A stretch of DNA of 64,000 bases from Clostridiaceae bacterium (GTDB lineage: Bacteria; Bacillota; Clostridia; Saccharofermentanales; DTU023): assembly GCA_012838355.1 (NCBI GenBank), contig DUPJ01000092.1, positions 4,119-68,118 on the forward strand, given 5' to 3'. A program made the position numbers and the translations under genes. Positions 27,554-37,894 of this stretch are shown here, piece after piece. The notes below the pieces were generated by a model that was given only the letters and a program-made list of their open reading frames with translations, was not told where the DNA came from and made no database searches. Each line of letters opens with the position of its first letter. Within the stretch, counting starts at the first letter, position 1.

Positions 27554-29908
27554 ATGGCGAACGATATGGTGAGGTCGCTGTCCCGGCGGCCGCTGCTTCT
27601 TCTGGCTTTGCAATGCATCTTGACCGGAACGGGACTTTTGGCTGCTGCTCCTACTGTCACTGCAGTTTTGTTTGTCCTGTCTGCCGTGATCTTTCTCATC
27701 GCGCCGGCAAAAATGATGCACGCGGCGGTCATCCTCCTCTTGATCTTGTCCTTTGCGCTTCGCGGCCATTTTGTGCAGGCACCGCTGCCGCAGCAGCTGC
27801 GGCTGGAGATTGTGGAGGGGGCGCCGGTCACCGCCGATGCCAAAGACTATACCTATGCCGTCGCCGTTTTGCCGGACGGCCGCCGCCTCGTCGTGTACGG
27901 CCGGAGCAATCAGCTGAAGGCCGGCTATGCGATGACAGTCAAAGGCCCCGCATCGGCCGGTCAGCAGGCCCGCAATCCCGGCGGTTTTAATGAAGCGCGC
28001 TGGGTACTAAGCCTCGGTGCGGTCGGCACTGTCCGGCTGCGCGCATCTGACTCACCCGTTCCCGCTGGCAGCGCGGTGGCCCGGCTTCGCTTTGGCCTCT
28101 GGTCGGCAAGGCGGCATATCTTCGGCACGGTTTCGGATGCACTGCCGGAATCGCTGGCCGGGTGGGTGACCGCATTCAGCGGCGGCAGCGGCCGTGCACT
28201 CGACGATCTTCAGGCAGGTCGGCTGTCGCAGCTGTCTCTCAGTCATCTGACCTCTGTGTCCGGCATGCATGTCGGCTTTCTCCTGGCACCTCTTGCAGCG
28301 AAACGGATGCGCCGTGCCGCCCGAAACCGGCGGCTGCTGCTGCAAACCGTGCTCATGATCTGGATCTATTTTCTGGCCGGCGGCCGCAGCGGCGTGACGC
28401 GGGCTGTGATGATGCGCCAGATCGGCATGGCCGCCGGGGTATCCGGAAGATACATCGGTGCGCTGGAAACGGTTTCCGGTGCTGTTCTCCTGATGCTTAT
28501 TGCATTTCCGTATCGGCTGCTGCAGACGGGATTTTGGCTGAGCATACTGGCTGCGGCGGCAATACATCTGTTGGCGGGTCCGTTCAGACAATACCTTCAC
28601 AGCGTCCTGCCCTGGCTGCCAAACCGCCTGGTCGGGGCACTTGCGGTTACCACCGTGGCACAGGCAGCCGTTCTGCCTCTGCTCATGGCCAAAAATGAAG
28701 TGGTAACCCCAATTTCCATCGTGTTGAATGTGGCCGTCTCGTTTGCGGCTCAGAGTATGACGGTTCTCGCGCTCCTTACCGTGACCTGCCTGCCGCTGCT
28801 CGCCTTGCTCGGGATAGCGCCGATTTTTGCCTGGATCATTGAGCCGCCGCTTTCACTTTTGACGGCGATTTTCGAGGCGGTTGTGAACGTGACGGTGCAT
28901 CCCGGCCGCTTGTGGCTGCCTGGATACGTGAGCATATTCGCCTTTCTGCTTTTCGCTTTGTTTGCCGGGTACAGCGCCGCCCGCGTCAATCAGTGGCGAA
29001 TTCGGCATCAGCGAGTGGGGCCGCTCGTGCTGACTGTTTTGCTTGCCGTGGTGCTCACATTCGCGGCACCGGCACTGAGAAGGATAACGGCACCGCCCCT
29101 GACCGTCTGGTTTCTCGATGTGGGACAGGGCGATGCCGCCGTCATCCATTTCAGGAACGGAACGACCTGGCTGCTTGACGGTGGCGAGCGATCGCACGGA
29201 TATAAAACTATTTGGCCGTTCATGAAAGCACAGGGCATTTCGGAGATCGATCTGGCCATTGTCAGCCACGGCCACAGTGACCATGCCGGCGGTGTGCTGG
29301 ATTTGCTCGAACTTGGCAAAATCCGGCAAATTGCGCTGAGCGGATTGGAAGGACGCGCGGATAAGGAGGAACCGGCCGACCCGAGCCCTTATAAGGAAGC
29401 CGATTTGTCGCAGGAACTGCTGAATGCAGCTGAGAATCATTGCGTGCCGGTTTTGCAGCTGATGCCCGGGGACATTGTGCAGGAAAATCAGGCAGTGATG
29501 ACAGTTTTGCCAGTTTTTCCCGAGGGGGACGATCCCAACGACCGGTCGCTGCAGCTCAGTCTCGCATTTTCGCATGTGACGATGCTGTTTACCGGTGATG
29601 CGACGCCTGAGGTGGAAGCTGCCATGCTGGCACTCGAACTGCAGCCGGTCACGGTTCTGAAAGTGGCTCATCACGGATCGCGCTTCACGACTGGCTTGCC
29701 ATTTGTGCGTGCAGTTCGTCCCGAGCTTTCCGTGATTTCGGTCGGATTCAATACATATGGACACCCGTCACCGGACGTTTTGTCGAATCTGGCCGCTGTC
29801 GGCAGCCAAGTCTGTCGCACAGATCACGCCGGTGCGATAAGATTAAGAACAGACGGCAGGAAAGTGGATGCAGATACATGGCTGAGACAACACACGACAT
29901 CACCATAA
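27554..29908 (+). CDS. comEC: DNA internalisation-related competence protein ComEC/Rec2
   Basis: 784 aa with a large polytopic competence domain. The C-terminal metallo-beta-lactamase domain carries DVGQGDA and SHGHSDHAGG. The comEC-holA order is typical of Firmicutes. Confidence 0.9.
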   Translation: MANDMVRSLSRRPLLLLALQCILTGTGLLAAAPTVTAVLFVLSAVIFLIAPAKMMHAAVILLLILSFALRGHFVQAPLPQQLRLEIVEGAPVTADAKDYTYAVAVLPDGRRLVVYGRSNQLKAGYAMTVKGPASAGQQARNPGGFNEARWVLSLGAVGTVRLRASDSPVPAGSAVARLRFGLWSARRHIFGTVSDALPESLAGWVTAFSGGSGRALDDLQAGRLSQLSLSHLTSVSGMHVGFLLAPLAAKRMRRAARNRRLLLQTVLMIWIYFLAGGRSGVTRAVMMRQIGMAAGVSGRYIGALETVSGAVLLMLIAFPYRLLQTGFWLSILAAAAIHLLAGPFRQYLHSVLPWLPNRLVGALAVTTVAQAAVLPLLMAKNEVVTPISIVLNVAVSFAAQSMTVLALLTVTCLPLLALLGIAPIFAWIIEPPLSLLTAIFEAVVNVTVHPGRLWLPGYVSIFAFLLFALFAGYSAARVNQWRIRHQRVGPLVLTVLLAVVLTFAAPALRRITAPPLTVWFLDVGQGDAAVIHFRNGTTWLLDGGERSHGYKTIWPFMKAQGISEIDLAIVSHGHSDHAGGVLDLLELGKIRQIALSGLEGRADKEEPADPSPYKEADLSQELLNAAENHCVPVLQLMPGDIVQENQAVMTVLPVFPEGDDPNDRSLQLSLAFSHVTMLFTGDATPEVEAAMLALELQPVTVLKVAHHGSRFTTGLPFVRAVRPELSVISVGFNTYGHPSPDVLSNLAAVGSQVCRTDHAGAIRLRTDGRKVDADTWLRQHTTSP

Positions 29909-30891
29909 GAACGCTGACAAAAGAATTGCAGGCCGGCCGAGCGCGACCGGTTTACGTGCTGGCAGGCGATGAGCGCTACCTGATCGATCAGGTGAAAAAT
30001 AAGCTGATCGATGCGCTGATCAATCCTCAGGCGACCGATTTTGATCTGTCTGTTTTTGACACATTCAAAGCGGATGCAGTGCAGGACGCACTGCATACAC
30101 CCCCGCTGCTTTCGGAAAAGAAACTTGTCATCGTCAGGCAGAGTGACTTGTTTGCCAATACCGGCAGCGCTGATCACATCGACCTTTCGGTACTGCCGGA
30201 TTTTTCCTGTCTCATGCTGATTGAAGCCAAGGTGCTGAAAAGCGGTGCGGCAAAAAAACGTCGCGAACAGGTAATGGCGGCGGGCGGCGCTTTTATGACG
30301 CTTTCAAAGCAGACAGCGGCAGATCTTTCGATCTGGCTCGCGCGACTGGCCAAAGCGGCGGGCATGCAGCTGTCACGGCAGGCCGCAAGCCGATTGATCG
30401 AACGCATGGACAGCGATATGTATGCACTGGCCGATGCGCTGCAGCGGCTGATGCTCTATGCGCAGCATGAAGGGGAGACGGCCATTGGCGAGACCGCCAT
30501 GGATCTTCTGATTCCGGCACCGCTGTCCGTGCGAATTTTCGATCTGATGGATGCGGTGTCGCAGAAGCAGGCCGGCATCGCCTTTGCGATAATTGACGAA
30601 CTCCTGAACCAGCGTGAAGCCGTACCGAAGATTTCCTTCATGATTCTGCGCCAGATTCGACAGCTGATGGTCGCAAGGGAGACAGGCGATCCGAATCTGA
30701 TCAAAGACACACTCAAGGTGCCCTCATTTGTGGCGCGAAAGATAGCAGCTCAGGCGAGACGCTTTTCGGACAGCCAGCTGTATGCCATTCACAGCAAGGG
30801 ATTTGACTATGATACGAATATCCGGCGCGGCACCATCGATGATAAGACGGCACTTTTCCTGCTGGTTGCCTATGCGTGCGAGGCTGCATGA
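29878..30891 (+). CDS. holA: DNA polymerase III delta subunit
   Basis: 337 aa. The N-terminus is typical of HolA (PVYVLAGDERYLIDQ). Position after comEC is typical. It overlaps the comEC 3' end by 31 nt. Confidence 0.75.
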   Translation: MAETTHDITIRTLTKELQAGRARPVYVLAGDERYLIDQVKNKLIDALINPQATDFDLSVFDTFKADAVQDALHTPPLLSEKKLVIVRQSDLFANTGSADHIDLSVLPDFSCLMLIEAKVLKSGAAKKRREQVMAAGGAFMTLSKQTAADLSIWLARLAKAAGMQLSRQAASRLIERMDSDMYALADALQRLMLYAQHEGETAIGETAMDLLIPAPLSVRIFDLMDAVSQKQAGIAFAIIDELLNQREAVPKISFMILRQIRQLMVARETGDPNLIKDTLKVPSFVARKIAAQARRFSDSQLYAIHSKGFDYDTNIRRGTIDDKTALFLLVAYACEAA

Positions 30892-31589
30892 CGGACCGTC
30901 AGGACAGCCCTTTGATTATGAAGGAATTGTCGGAGGATGACCGTCCTTACGAGAAACTTGAATGGCGCGGTGCCGCGCATCTGTCGGACGCGGAACTGGT
31001 TGCCATTCTTTTGAAAAGCGGTATTGCGGGCAAAAATTCGCTCGATCTGGCCCGCTCGCTGCTGGCGAACGATGCCGGCCTGATGATTCTGAACACAGCT
31101 TCGCTTGAGGAGCTGCAGCGTTACAGCGGCATCGGCCGCGTCAAATCGATCGTACTGAAGGCAGCCGTTGAAGTGGGGCGCCGCCTTGAGCGCACGCGCC
31201 CGCCCAAACGCGGCGAACCGATAAAATCGCCGGATGATGCAGTCCGCATCTTGTCACCTTTTATGGCCGATCTGGAGCGTGAGGAGTTTCACGTGCTGCT
31301 GCTGGATGCACGTCATCGCCTGATCCGGAGCGAACTGGTGTCGGCCGGGGGATTATCGGCAGCAGTTGTATTTCCGCGGGACGTCTTCCGTCTTGCGCTC
31401 AAAGCCAATGCGGCAGCGATTATGCTGGCGCATAATCATCCGAGCGGTGATGCCGAACCGAGCAAAACCGATATCGACGCAACCCGGGTCTTTGACAATA
31501 TCGGCCGGATGATGGGCATCACGGTGCTGGATCATCTTGTCATTGCGAGAGGGCGTTTTGTCAGTCTGAAACAGCAGGGGCACCTGTAG
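30888..31589 (+). CDS. radC: RadC-like JAB/MPN domain protein (UPF0758)
   Basis: HhH-like SGIGRVKS and the JAMM motif LAHNHPSGDAEPSKTD are present. There is an ATGA overlap with the holA stop. Confidence 0.85.
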   Translation: MTDRQDSPLIMKELSEDDRPYEKLEWRGAAHLSDAELVAILLKSGIAGKNSLDLARSLLANDAGLMILNTASLEELQRYSGIGRVKSIVLKAAVEVGRRLERTRPPKRGEPIKSPDDAVRILSPFMADLEREEFHVLLLDARHRLIRSELVSAGGLSAAVVFPRDVFRLALKANAAAIMLAHNHPSGDAEPSKTDIDATRVFDNIGRMMGITVLDHLVIARGRFVSLKQQGHL

Positions 31590-31718
31590 GGAACGCTGCC
31601 CGCCTGTGAGCGGCCCGGCTTTCTAGTCAAATCACGCGTAAACGGGTAAAATGAGCGGTGCGGCCTTTCGATTATGACCGCCAAATCGCGTCAACCGGAC
31701 GCCCTGCGAGGATCTCTG

Positions 31719-32561
31719 ATGGCGGAAAAACCCCGCATAAAAATCTTTGTTATTGTGATTACGACGCTCGCGCTGATCGCCCTCATCGTGCTGACGCTGG
31801 TGCCGAACAGCCCGCTGATGCATCTGACGTCGCCACTGGGGCGCGTCTTCAATCCGATTGTTCGGCTGGGGCAGGAAGTCACGCATGCGGTCAGCGGATG
31901 GCTCTCCACGCTCACGGAAAGTGACCGGATCCGCAACGAAAATGAGGCGCTGCGAGCTGAGAATGCACGTTTGCAAAACGAGCTTGCTCAGAGCGAAGAT
32001 GCTGCCAAGCAGTTTGAAGAGCTGAAGGATGCCCTCGGTCTCATCTCGCTGTTTCCGGACATGGAAGTCAGGGGCGGCTATATCATGAATCGTGCGATCG
32101 GCGAGTGGTACGACGTATTCAGGATCAATCTGGGACAAAAGGACGGCCTGATTATCGATGCTGAACGCTCATACGCGGTCGTTGACGCAAACTCCAACCT
32201 GGTCGGCAGGGTGCTGGCATCCGATCTCGATTCAGCAAAAGTGTTGCCGATCGTGCATGAAGGTTTTGTCGCCGGCGCACGGATGCAGGGGAGTCACGGC
32301 GTGGCACTTCGCATCCGCGGCGATATTTCGCTGAAAGACGACAATCTTGTCTATGCCGACCGCATCCCGCTCGATGCCGGTATCTCAGTCGGTGACCGTA
32401 TCGTTACGAGCGGAGCGGGCGGTGTGTTTCCGGAAGGACTGCCGATCGGGACCATCACGGAAATTCGCTTGGCTGACGACAGCCGGAGTCTGGAAGCAAC
32501 CGTTGTGCCGGCCACGTCCTTTGATCGCCTGACCGCGGTCTTTGTCCTTGTCGGGGAATAG
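31719..32561 (+). CDS. mreC: Rod shape-determining protein MreC
   Basis: An N-terminal TM helix, a coiled coil (NEALRAENARLQNELA) and a beta-rich C-terminal domain (VTSGAGGVFPEGLPIG) are present. GAGGA SD favours ATG 31719 over the tracked ATG 31674. Confidence 0.85.
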   Translation: MAEKPRIKIFVIVITTLALIALIVLTLVPNSPLMHLTSPLGRVFNPIVRLGQEVTHAVSGWLSTLTESDRIRNENEALRAENARLQNELAQSEDAAKQFEELKDALGLISLFPDMEVRGGYIMNRAIGEWYDVFRINLGQKDGLIIDAERSYAVVDANSNLVGRVLASDLDSAKVLPIVHEGFVAGARMQGSHGVALRIRGDISLKDDNLVYADRIPLDAGISVGDRIVTSGAGGVFPEGLPIGTITEIRLADDSRSLEATVVPATSFDRLTAVFVLVGE

Positions 32562-32565
32562 TCTT

Positions 32566-33147
32566 ATGTCCGGACGCCGCGTAACTATAGTCACGATCAT
32601 CTACCTTGTGCTCGCTTCACTTTTGCAAAGTCTCTTGTCACATCTTATTCACACGCCATATCGGATACCGGATCTGCTCCTGATGCTCCCTGTTTTGGGC
32701 GGCATCTGGTTCGGCCGGCACTACGGCTTCCGAGTCGGCCTTGCCGCCGGCTTTTTTCGCGACTTTCTGGCCGGCCGCCTGCTTGGTCCCGGCATGCTGA
32801 TCGGCATGTATATCGGCCTGGCCGCATCGCTTCTGAATCACGCTGACCGACGATTTCGATTCTTGTTTTCGGCTGTTGCCGTGCCGGCAGCGACCGTATT
32901 TCACACGGCAGTTATGACCGTACTCACTGTTTTATGGCCAATGTCACAGTCGATACCACACGATCCGCAGGTGATTTGGTCGAGAGCCCTGAGCCAGCTG
33001 CCGATGCGGCTTCTCGTCAATGCGGCGGCCGGCGCTTTTGTGCTCGCTCTCTTCTTTTTGCTACCATTGAAAAAGCGTAAGAAACAGTCTGACTTGAGCT
33101 ACGGGAAAGCCGGAGGAGTAGAACATGACGTCTTCGACCTCACTTAA
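32566..33147 (+). CDS. mreD: Rod shape-determining protein MreD (putative)
   Basis: Small polytopic membrane protein located directly between mreC and the PBP2 gene. The assignment is mainly positional. Confidence 0.6.
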   Translation: MSGRRVTIVTIIYLVLASLLQSLLSHLIHTPYRIPDLLLMLPVLGGIWFGRHYGFRVGLAAGFFRDFLAGRLLGPGMLIGMYIGLAASLLNHADRRFRFLFSAVAVPAATVFHTAVMTVLTVLWPMSQSIPHDPQVIWSRALSQLPMRLLVNAAAGAFVLALFFLLPLKKRKKQSDLSYGKAGGVEHDVFDLT

Positions 33148-35371
33148 TAAAGTCGATAAAAAGGATAAAAAACCAAAACAGCAGGAAGGACACGGCCGGT
33201 TTTATATTCTGCTTGTCCTCATTGTCGCGATGCTGCTGCTGATCCTCGGACGCACGGCACAGCTGCAGCTGGGGGACGATCAGGTCAGCGGCGTGATTGA
33301 GTCGGTAGGCAAGCGCCGTCAGATGACGGTGCCGGCCGCGCGCGGCGACATTGTCGATGTGAACGGGGTCCCGCTTGCGTTTTCCGAACAGACCAGGGCA
33401 CTTTACGTGGCTGATTCCGGCATCACCACTGTCCGCCTCGACCGCATGCTTCTCGATCTGTCGGACTTGCTGCTTGAAGACGGAATCGTCTATCGGGGCA
33501 ATCTGGCGAACTACTTCGACATCTCGAGCGGGAGTCAAGCGGAAGGGGCCGAGACATCCTTTGTCTTCAAGCGGGAGGCAGACGACATTCGCACCTGGCA
33601 GACGAACCGGGATCTGTTCGCGCTGATCGATCCCGAGAAAACGACAGTTCTCCGTCAGCAGCAAACCGTGAAAATGAATCCTGCCGAATTCTTTGATTTT
33701 CTGCTGTACGACTTCTTCAGCATCGAGGACCGGCAAGCCGGCGGTTCACGGCGTTACACAGACCGCGAGGCATATCGCATCATGGCTTTGCGCTATACGC
33801 TTTTGGAGAATAACTGGCTCTACCGCACCGGTAATCCAATCCTTATTGTCGACGATATCAGCAGCCGCGTTGAGGAAATCATCAACGATCAGTCGTACCG
33901 TTTTCCCGGAGTAATCATGGAAAATCATTATGCGCGCCGATACAGTGCCTATGCAGACTATGCCGGACACGCGATCGGTTACATCGGGGCCATCACGTCC
34001 GGTGAGTACGAGCAATTGAAGCGGTTCGATTACCGGATCGATGCGATGGTCGGCAAATCGGGCATCGAGCTGAGTGCCGAACGCTACCTGCGCGGCATTG
34101 ACGGCATCCGCCCGTACCTGGTTTTTGTCGATGATGAAACACAGATGCCGCTTGAGGGCGGTCGTCTGCCGCAGCACGGGGCGGAAACGCGCCTGACGCT
34201 CGATATTGACATTCAGCGCGTGGCCGTTGAATCGCTTGGCCGGCAGATGGAATTGCTGCGAGCACTGCCGCTGGAAAAGCCGATCACGGCAAAGAGCGGC
34301 TCATATGTCGTGATGAATCCGCAAACGGGGGGGATTTATGCGATCGGCAGCCTGCCGGATTATAAAGTGTCGGACTTTGTCAATCAGTCGGTTGATCCGA
34401 GTGCGGCGGAGCGCGTCAACGATTATCTGACAGACAATGAGACGAAGCCGATGCTGAATCGGGCCATCTCGGAAAACTATGCCCCCGCATCCACATTTAA
34501 GGTATTCACGGCCCTGGCGTCGCTGGAATCCGGCTCAACATCCGTCTACGATACGTATTACAACTGCGTCGGCACGGAAGATATCGGCGGCTGGGTATGG
34601 AGCTGCCTGCAGAGACCGACGTCCGGGCACGGTGCTTTGAATTTGACCCAGGGATTGACGACGTCATGCAACATGTATTTCTATCACATGGGCATGGCGA
34701 CGGGTATCGACAATATTTCGCGCTACGCCAAAATAGTCGGACTGGGCGAACTTTCCGGCATTGATCTGCCGGGCGAAGTCGCCGGCATCCGTCCCAGCCG
34801 GGAAATGAAGGCGCTTTTGCGCAGTCTGCCCGAGGACAAGCACTGGTTTCAGGCTGACACGTGTCAGACATCCATCGGCCAGTTCGACAACAGTTATACC
34901 ATGCTCCAGCTGGCCAGAGGCGTCTCGGCGCTCGGCACCAATTTCCTCGTTCGCCCCCACGTCATATCGGAAATTATTGATTCAAACGGCGTCACGGTGA
35001 GAGAAGAGCAGATCGAACGGCAGCCGCTCGGATTTGAACAGATCAATCTCGACGCCATCCGCGCCGGCATGGTCAATCTGACGTCAAGCGGCAATGGACG
35101 CACAGCCAAGCTTTTCAATGATTTTCCCGTGTCAGTGGCTGCCAAAACGGGAACAGCTGAAATCGGCTACGGTGACAGTGCGACGCTGAATGCTGTATTT
35201 GTGGCCTTCGCGCCGGCAAATGATCCCGAAATTGCGATTGCCTGCATGGTTGAAGATTCCAGCTACGGCGATCTGATCTCTGACGTGGCGTATTACGTTT
35301 TCTGTGAATACTTCGGTGTCACGCCAAAGGAGATTGAACCGCTGCGGCCAATCACCATTTCTCCCGGTTGA
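33125..35371 (+). CDS. mrdA: Penicillin-binding protein 2 (class B transpeptidase)
   Basis: An N-terminal TM anchor is present. Motifs are SxxK (ASTFK), SxN (TSCN) and KTGT (AAKTGTAE). GGAGGAG SD is present. Position after mreCD fits. Confidence 0.9.
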   Translation: MTSSTSLNKVDKKDKKPKQQEGHGRFYILLVLIVAMLLLILGRTAQLQLGDDQVSGVIESVGKRRQMTVPAARGDIVDVNGVPLAFSEQTRALYVADSGITTVRLDRMLLDLSDLLLEDGIVYRGNLANYFDISSGSQAEGAETSFVFKREADDIRTWQTNRDLFALIDPEKTTVLRQQQTVKMNPAEFFDFLLYDFFSIEDRQAGGSRRYTDREAYRIMALRYTLLENNWLYRTGNPILIVDDISSRVEEIINDQSYRFPGVIMENHYARRYSAYADYAGHAIGYIGAITSGEYEQLKRFDYRIDAMVGKSGIELSAERYLRGIDGIRPYLVFVDDETQMPLEGGRLPQHGAETRLTLDIDIQRVAVESLGRQMELLRALPLEKPITAKSGSYVVMNPQTGGIYAIGSLPDYKVSDFVNQSVDPSAAERVNDYLTDNETKPMLNRAISENYAPASTFKVFTALASLESGSTSVYDTYYNCVGTEDIGGWVWSCLQRPTSGHGALNLTQGLTTSCNMYFYHMGMATGIDNISRYAKIVGLGELSGIDLPGEVAGIRPSREMKALLRSLPEDKHWFQADTCQTSIGQFDNSYTMLQLARGVSALGTNFLVRPHVISEIIDSNGVTVREEQIERQPLGFEQINLDAIRAGMVNLTSSGNGRTAKLFNDFPVSVAAKTGTAEIGYGDSATLNAVFVAFAPANDPEIAIACMVEDSSYGDLISDVAYYVFCEYFGVTPKEIEPLRPITISPG

Positions 35372-35372
35372 T

Positions 35373-35401
35373 TTGCGTCGGGCCGATTCGTTCCCTATAA
35401 T
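35373..35401 (+). promoter_or_regulatory. Sigma-A promoter upstream of glgP (TTGCGT-17-TATAAT)
   Basis: -35 TTGCGT at 35373-35378, a 17-nt spacer, and a consensus -10 TATAAT at 35396-35401. Confidence 0.6.
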
Positions 35402-35451
35402 GGCGTGGCTATGTTTGCCGCCGTGAATCAACGGGGCTGGGAGAAGAGTAT

Positions 35452-37842
35452 ATGTCTTTTGACAAACAGCAGTTTGAGAATTATTTGCGCGCATGTGCGT
35501 TTGCCGAATACGGCAAGACGCTCGAAACCGTAAGTGAAAAGGAATTATGGGCAGTTCTTTCCAAGGTTACTGTCCAGGAACTCGGTGCACGCTGGGAGGC
35601 AACACGTGACCGCTACAGCCAGGTGCGGCAGGCACATTATTTCAGTGCGGAGTTCCTCGTCGGACGCTCACTCCGAAATAATCTGGTTAACCTCGGCATC
35701 TATGACGAGGTACGTGATCTGCTTGCCGAAAGAGACGTCGATCTGGCCGAGTTGCTGGAACAAGAGACTGATCCAGGCCTAGGCAACGGCGGTCTTGGCC
35801 GGCTTGCAGCCTGTTTTCTCGACAGCTGCGCGACGGCCGAATATCCGGTGACGGGCTACGGCATTTTGTACCGTTACGGTCTCTTCAAGCAAAAAATTGA
35901 AAACGGATTCCAAAAGGAATATCCGGATGCCTGGATGGAAGACGGCTATCCTTTCGTCGTGCCGCGCCGTGAAGACAAAGTGCTGGTCGATTTTCATGAC
36001 TTCAAAGTGTTTGCCGTGCCGTTCGACATGCCGATCACCGGATTCGGTACAGACAACGTGAACGTGCTTCGCCTTTGGAAGGCTGAGCCAGCTCAGGAAT
36101 TCGACTTCAATCTGTTCAATTCGCAGCGTTTTGATGATGCCATGATTTCGCGCAACAGAGTGCTCGATATATGCCGCGTTCTTTATCCGAACGATACATC
36201 GTATGACGGCAAAGTATTGCGCGTCCGGCAGCAGTACTTTTTTGTCTCGGCATCGCTGCAGACTATACTGAAGCAGTTCACCGCGGTGCACGGCCAGGAT
36301 TTCACACAGTTTGCCCGCCTGAACAGCATCCAGCTGAACGATACGCATCCCGTGCTGGCGATTCCCGAACTGATGCGTCTTTTGCTTGACGAATATCGGC
36401 AGAGCTGGGATGAAGCATGGCAGATCGTCTCACAGACATTTGCCTTCACGAACCACACGATTCTGCATGAAGCATTGGAAAAATGGGATATCGGCATTTT
36501 TCAGTTCCTTTTTCCGCGCATCTATCAGATTATCGAGCTGATCGATCAGCAGTTTGAGACGGAAGCGCTGCAGTTTGGCTTTACTCAGGAGAAAATCCAG
36601 GAGCTGTCACCAATACACGACGGCAAGGTTCACATGGCGATGCTAGCCATATATGCGTCCTATTCGATCAATGGTGTCGCGTCGATCCATACGAACCTGC
36701 TGAAGTCGACCGTATTCAATGATTTCTATCGTGTCTATCCGACGCGTTTCAACAACAAGACGAACGGCGTCACGCCGCGCCGCTGGCTCTACCAGAGCAA
36801 TCCCCGCCTGTCCCGTCTGCTCACTGAACTTTCCGGTTCGGATGCCTGGGTGACGGATCTCGACCGGCTGGCTGAACTGGAACGCTTCAAAGACGACAGT
36901 CATATCATGCGGCGTCTTCTCGAGATCAAGTCGCAGAACAAAGAGGATCTTACGCGGACGATTTTGCAAAATACCGGGATAAAAGTGGACAGCAGTTTCC
37001 TTTTTGATGTTCAGGTGAAGCGTCTCCACGAATACAAGCGCCAGCTGATGAACGCTTTCCTGATCCTGGATCAGTATTACCGCCTGAAGGAGAAGCCTCA
37101 GCAAAACGGTGTCACGCCGGTCGCTTACATTTTTGCGGCCAAAGCAGCCCCCGGCTATTTCAAGGCAAAAGCGGTGATCAAGTTTATTTCGGAGGTCGCC
37201 AAGCTTGTCAATGAAGACTCGGACATGAACGACAAGATGAAGGTTGTCTTTCTGCAAAACTACACGGTTTCCCTGGCTGAACAGATATTTCCCGCCTCCG
37301 ATATTTCAGAGCAAATATCCACGGTTGGCAAAGAAGCTTCCGGCACGGGCAATATGAAGTTCATGATGAACGGTGCGCTTACGCTTGGCACGTACGACGG
37401 CGCCAATATTGAAATTCTGGAAGAAGTGGGCGAAGAAAACAGCTTTATGTTCGGTCCGACCATAGACGAATTCCCCGCCACGCAAAACTATTACAACTCC
37501 CAGTGGCAGTACCAGAATGTCAGCGGCCTGAAGCGGGCAGTCGACTCACTCGTGAACGGTACGTTTGCAGACAACAACACGAATATGTTCTCAGATCTGT
37601 ACAACAGCCTGATCGCCGGGTCCAGCTGGGAAGGGGCCGATCCGTTCTACGTACTTGGCGATTTTGAAGCCTACCGGGACCGTCGGCGAGAGGCGCATGC
37701 CGCTTATAGATATCCGATCGAGTGGGCAGAGAAGTGCTGGGTAAATATTTGCCGTTCGGGGCGATTCTCGTCGGACCGTACTATCGGCGAGTATGCCAGC
37801 GGCATATGGAAAGTTGAGAAAACGCCGATCGTCGCAAGTTGA
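35452..37842 (+). CDS. glgP: Glycogen/maltodextrin phosphorylase
   Basis: 796 aa, with GNGGLGRLAACFLDS and the PLP-lysine region EASGTGNMKFMMNGA. Confidence 0.95.
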   Translation: MSFDKQQFENYLRACAFAEYGKTLETVSEKELWAVLSKVTVQELGARWEATRDRYSQVRQAHYFSAEFLVGRSLRNNLVNLGIYDEVRDLLAERDVDLAELLEQETDPGLGNGGLGRLAACFLDSCATAEYPVTGYGILYRYGLFKQKIENGFQKEYPDAWMEDGYPFVVPRREDKVLVDFHDFKVFAVPFDMPITGFGTDNVNVLRLWKAEPAQEFDFNLFNSQRFDDAMISRNRVLDICRVLYPNDTSYDGKVLRVRQQYFFVSASLQTILKQFTAVHGQDFTQFARLNSIQLNDTHPVLAIPELMRLLLDEYRQSWDEAWQIVSQTFAFTNHTILHEALEKWDIGIFQFLFPRIYQIIELIDQQFETEALQFGFTQEKIQELSPIHDGKVHMAMLAIYASYSINGVASIHTNLLKSTVFNDFYRVYPTRFNNKTNGVTPRRWLYQSNPRLSRLLTELSGSDAWVTDLDRLAELERFKDDSHIMRRLLEIKSQNKEDLTRTILQNTGIKVDSSFLFDVQVKRLHEYKRQLMNAFLILDQYYRLKEKPQQNGVTPVAYIFAAKAAPGYFKAKAVIKFISEVAKLVNEDSDMNDKMKVVFLQNYTVSLAEQIFPASDISEQISTVGKEASGTGNMKFMMNGALTLGTYDGANIEILEEVGEENSFMFGPTIDEFPATQNYYNSQWQYQNVSGLKRAVDSLVNGTFADNNTNMFSDLYNSLIAGSSWEGADPFYVLGDFEAYRDRRREAHAAYRYPIEWAEKCWVNICRSGRFSSDRTIGEYASGIWKVEKTPIVAS

Positions 37843-37894
37843 CAATCCCGATCGGTCTTGTCACAATACGCGGCAGAGCAACAAGGAGAGGTTT

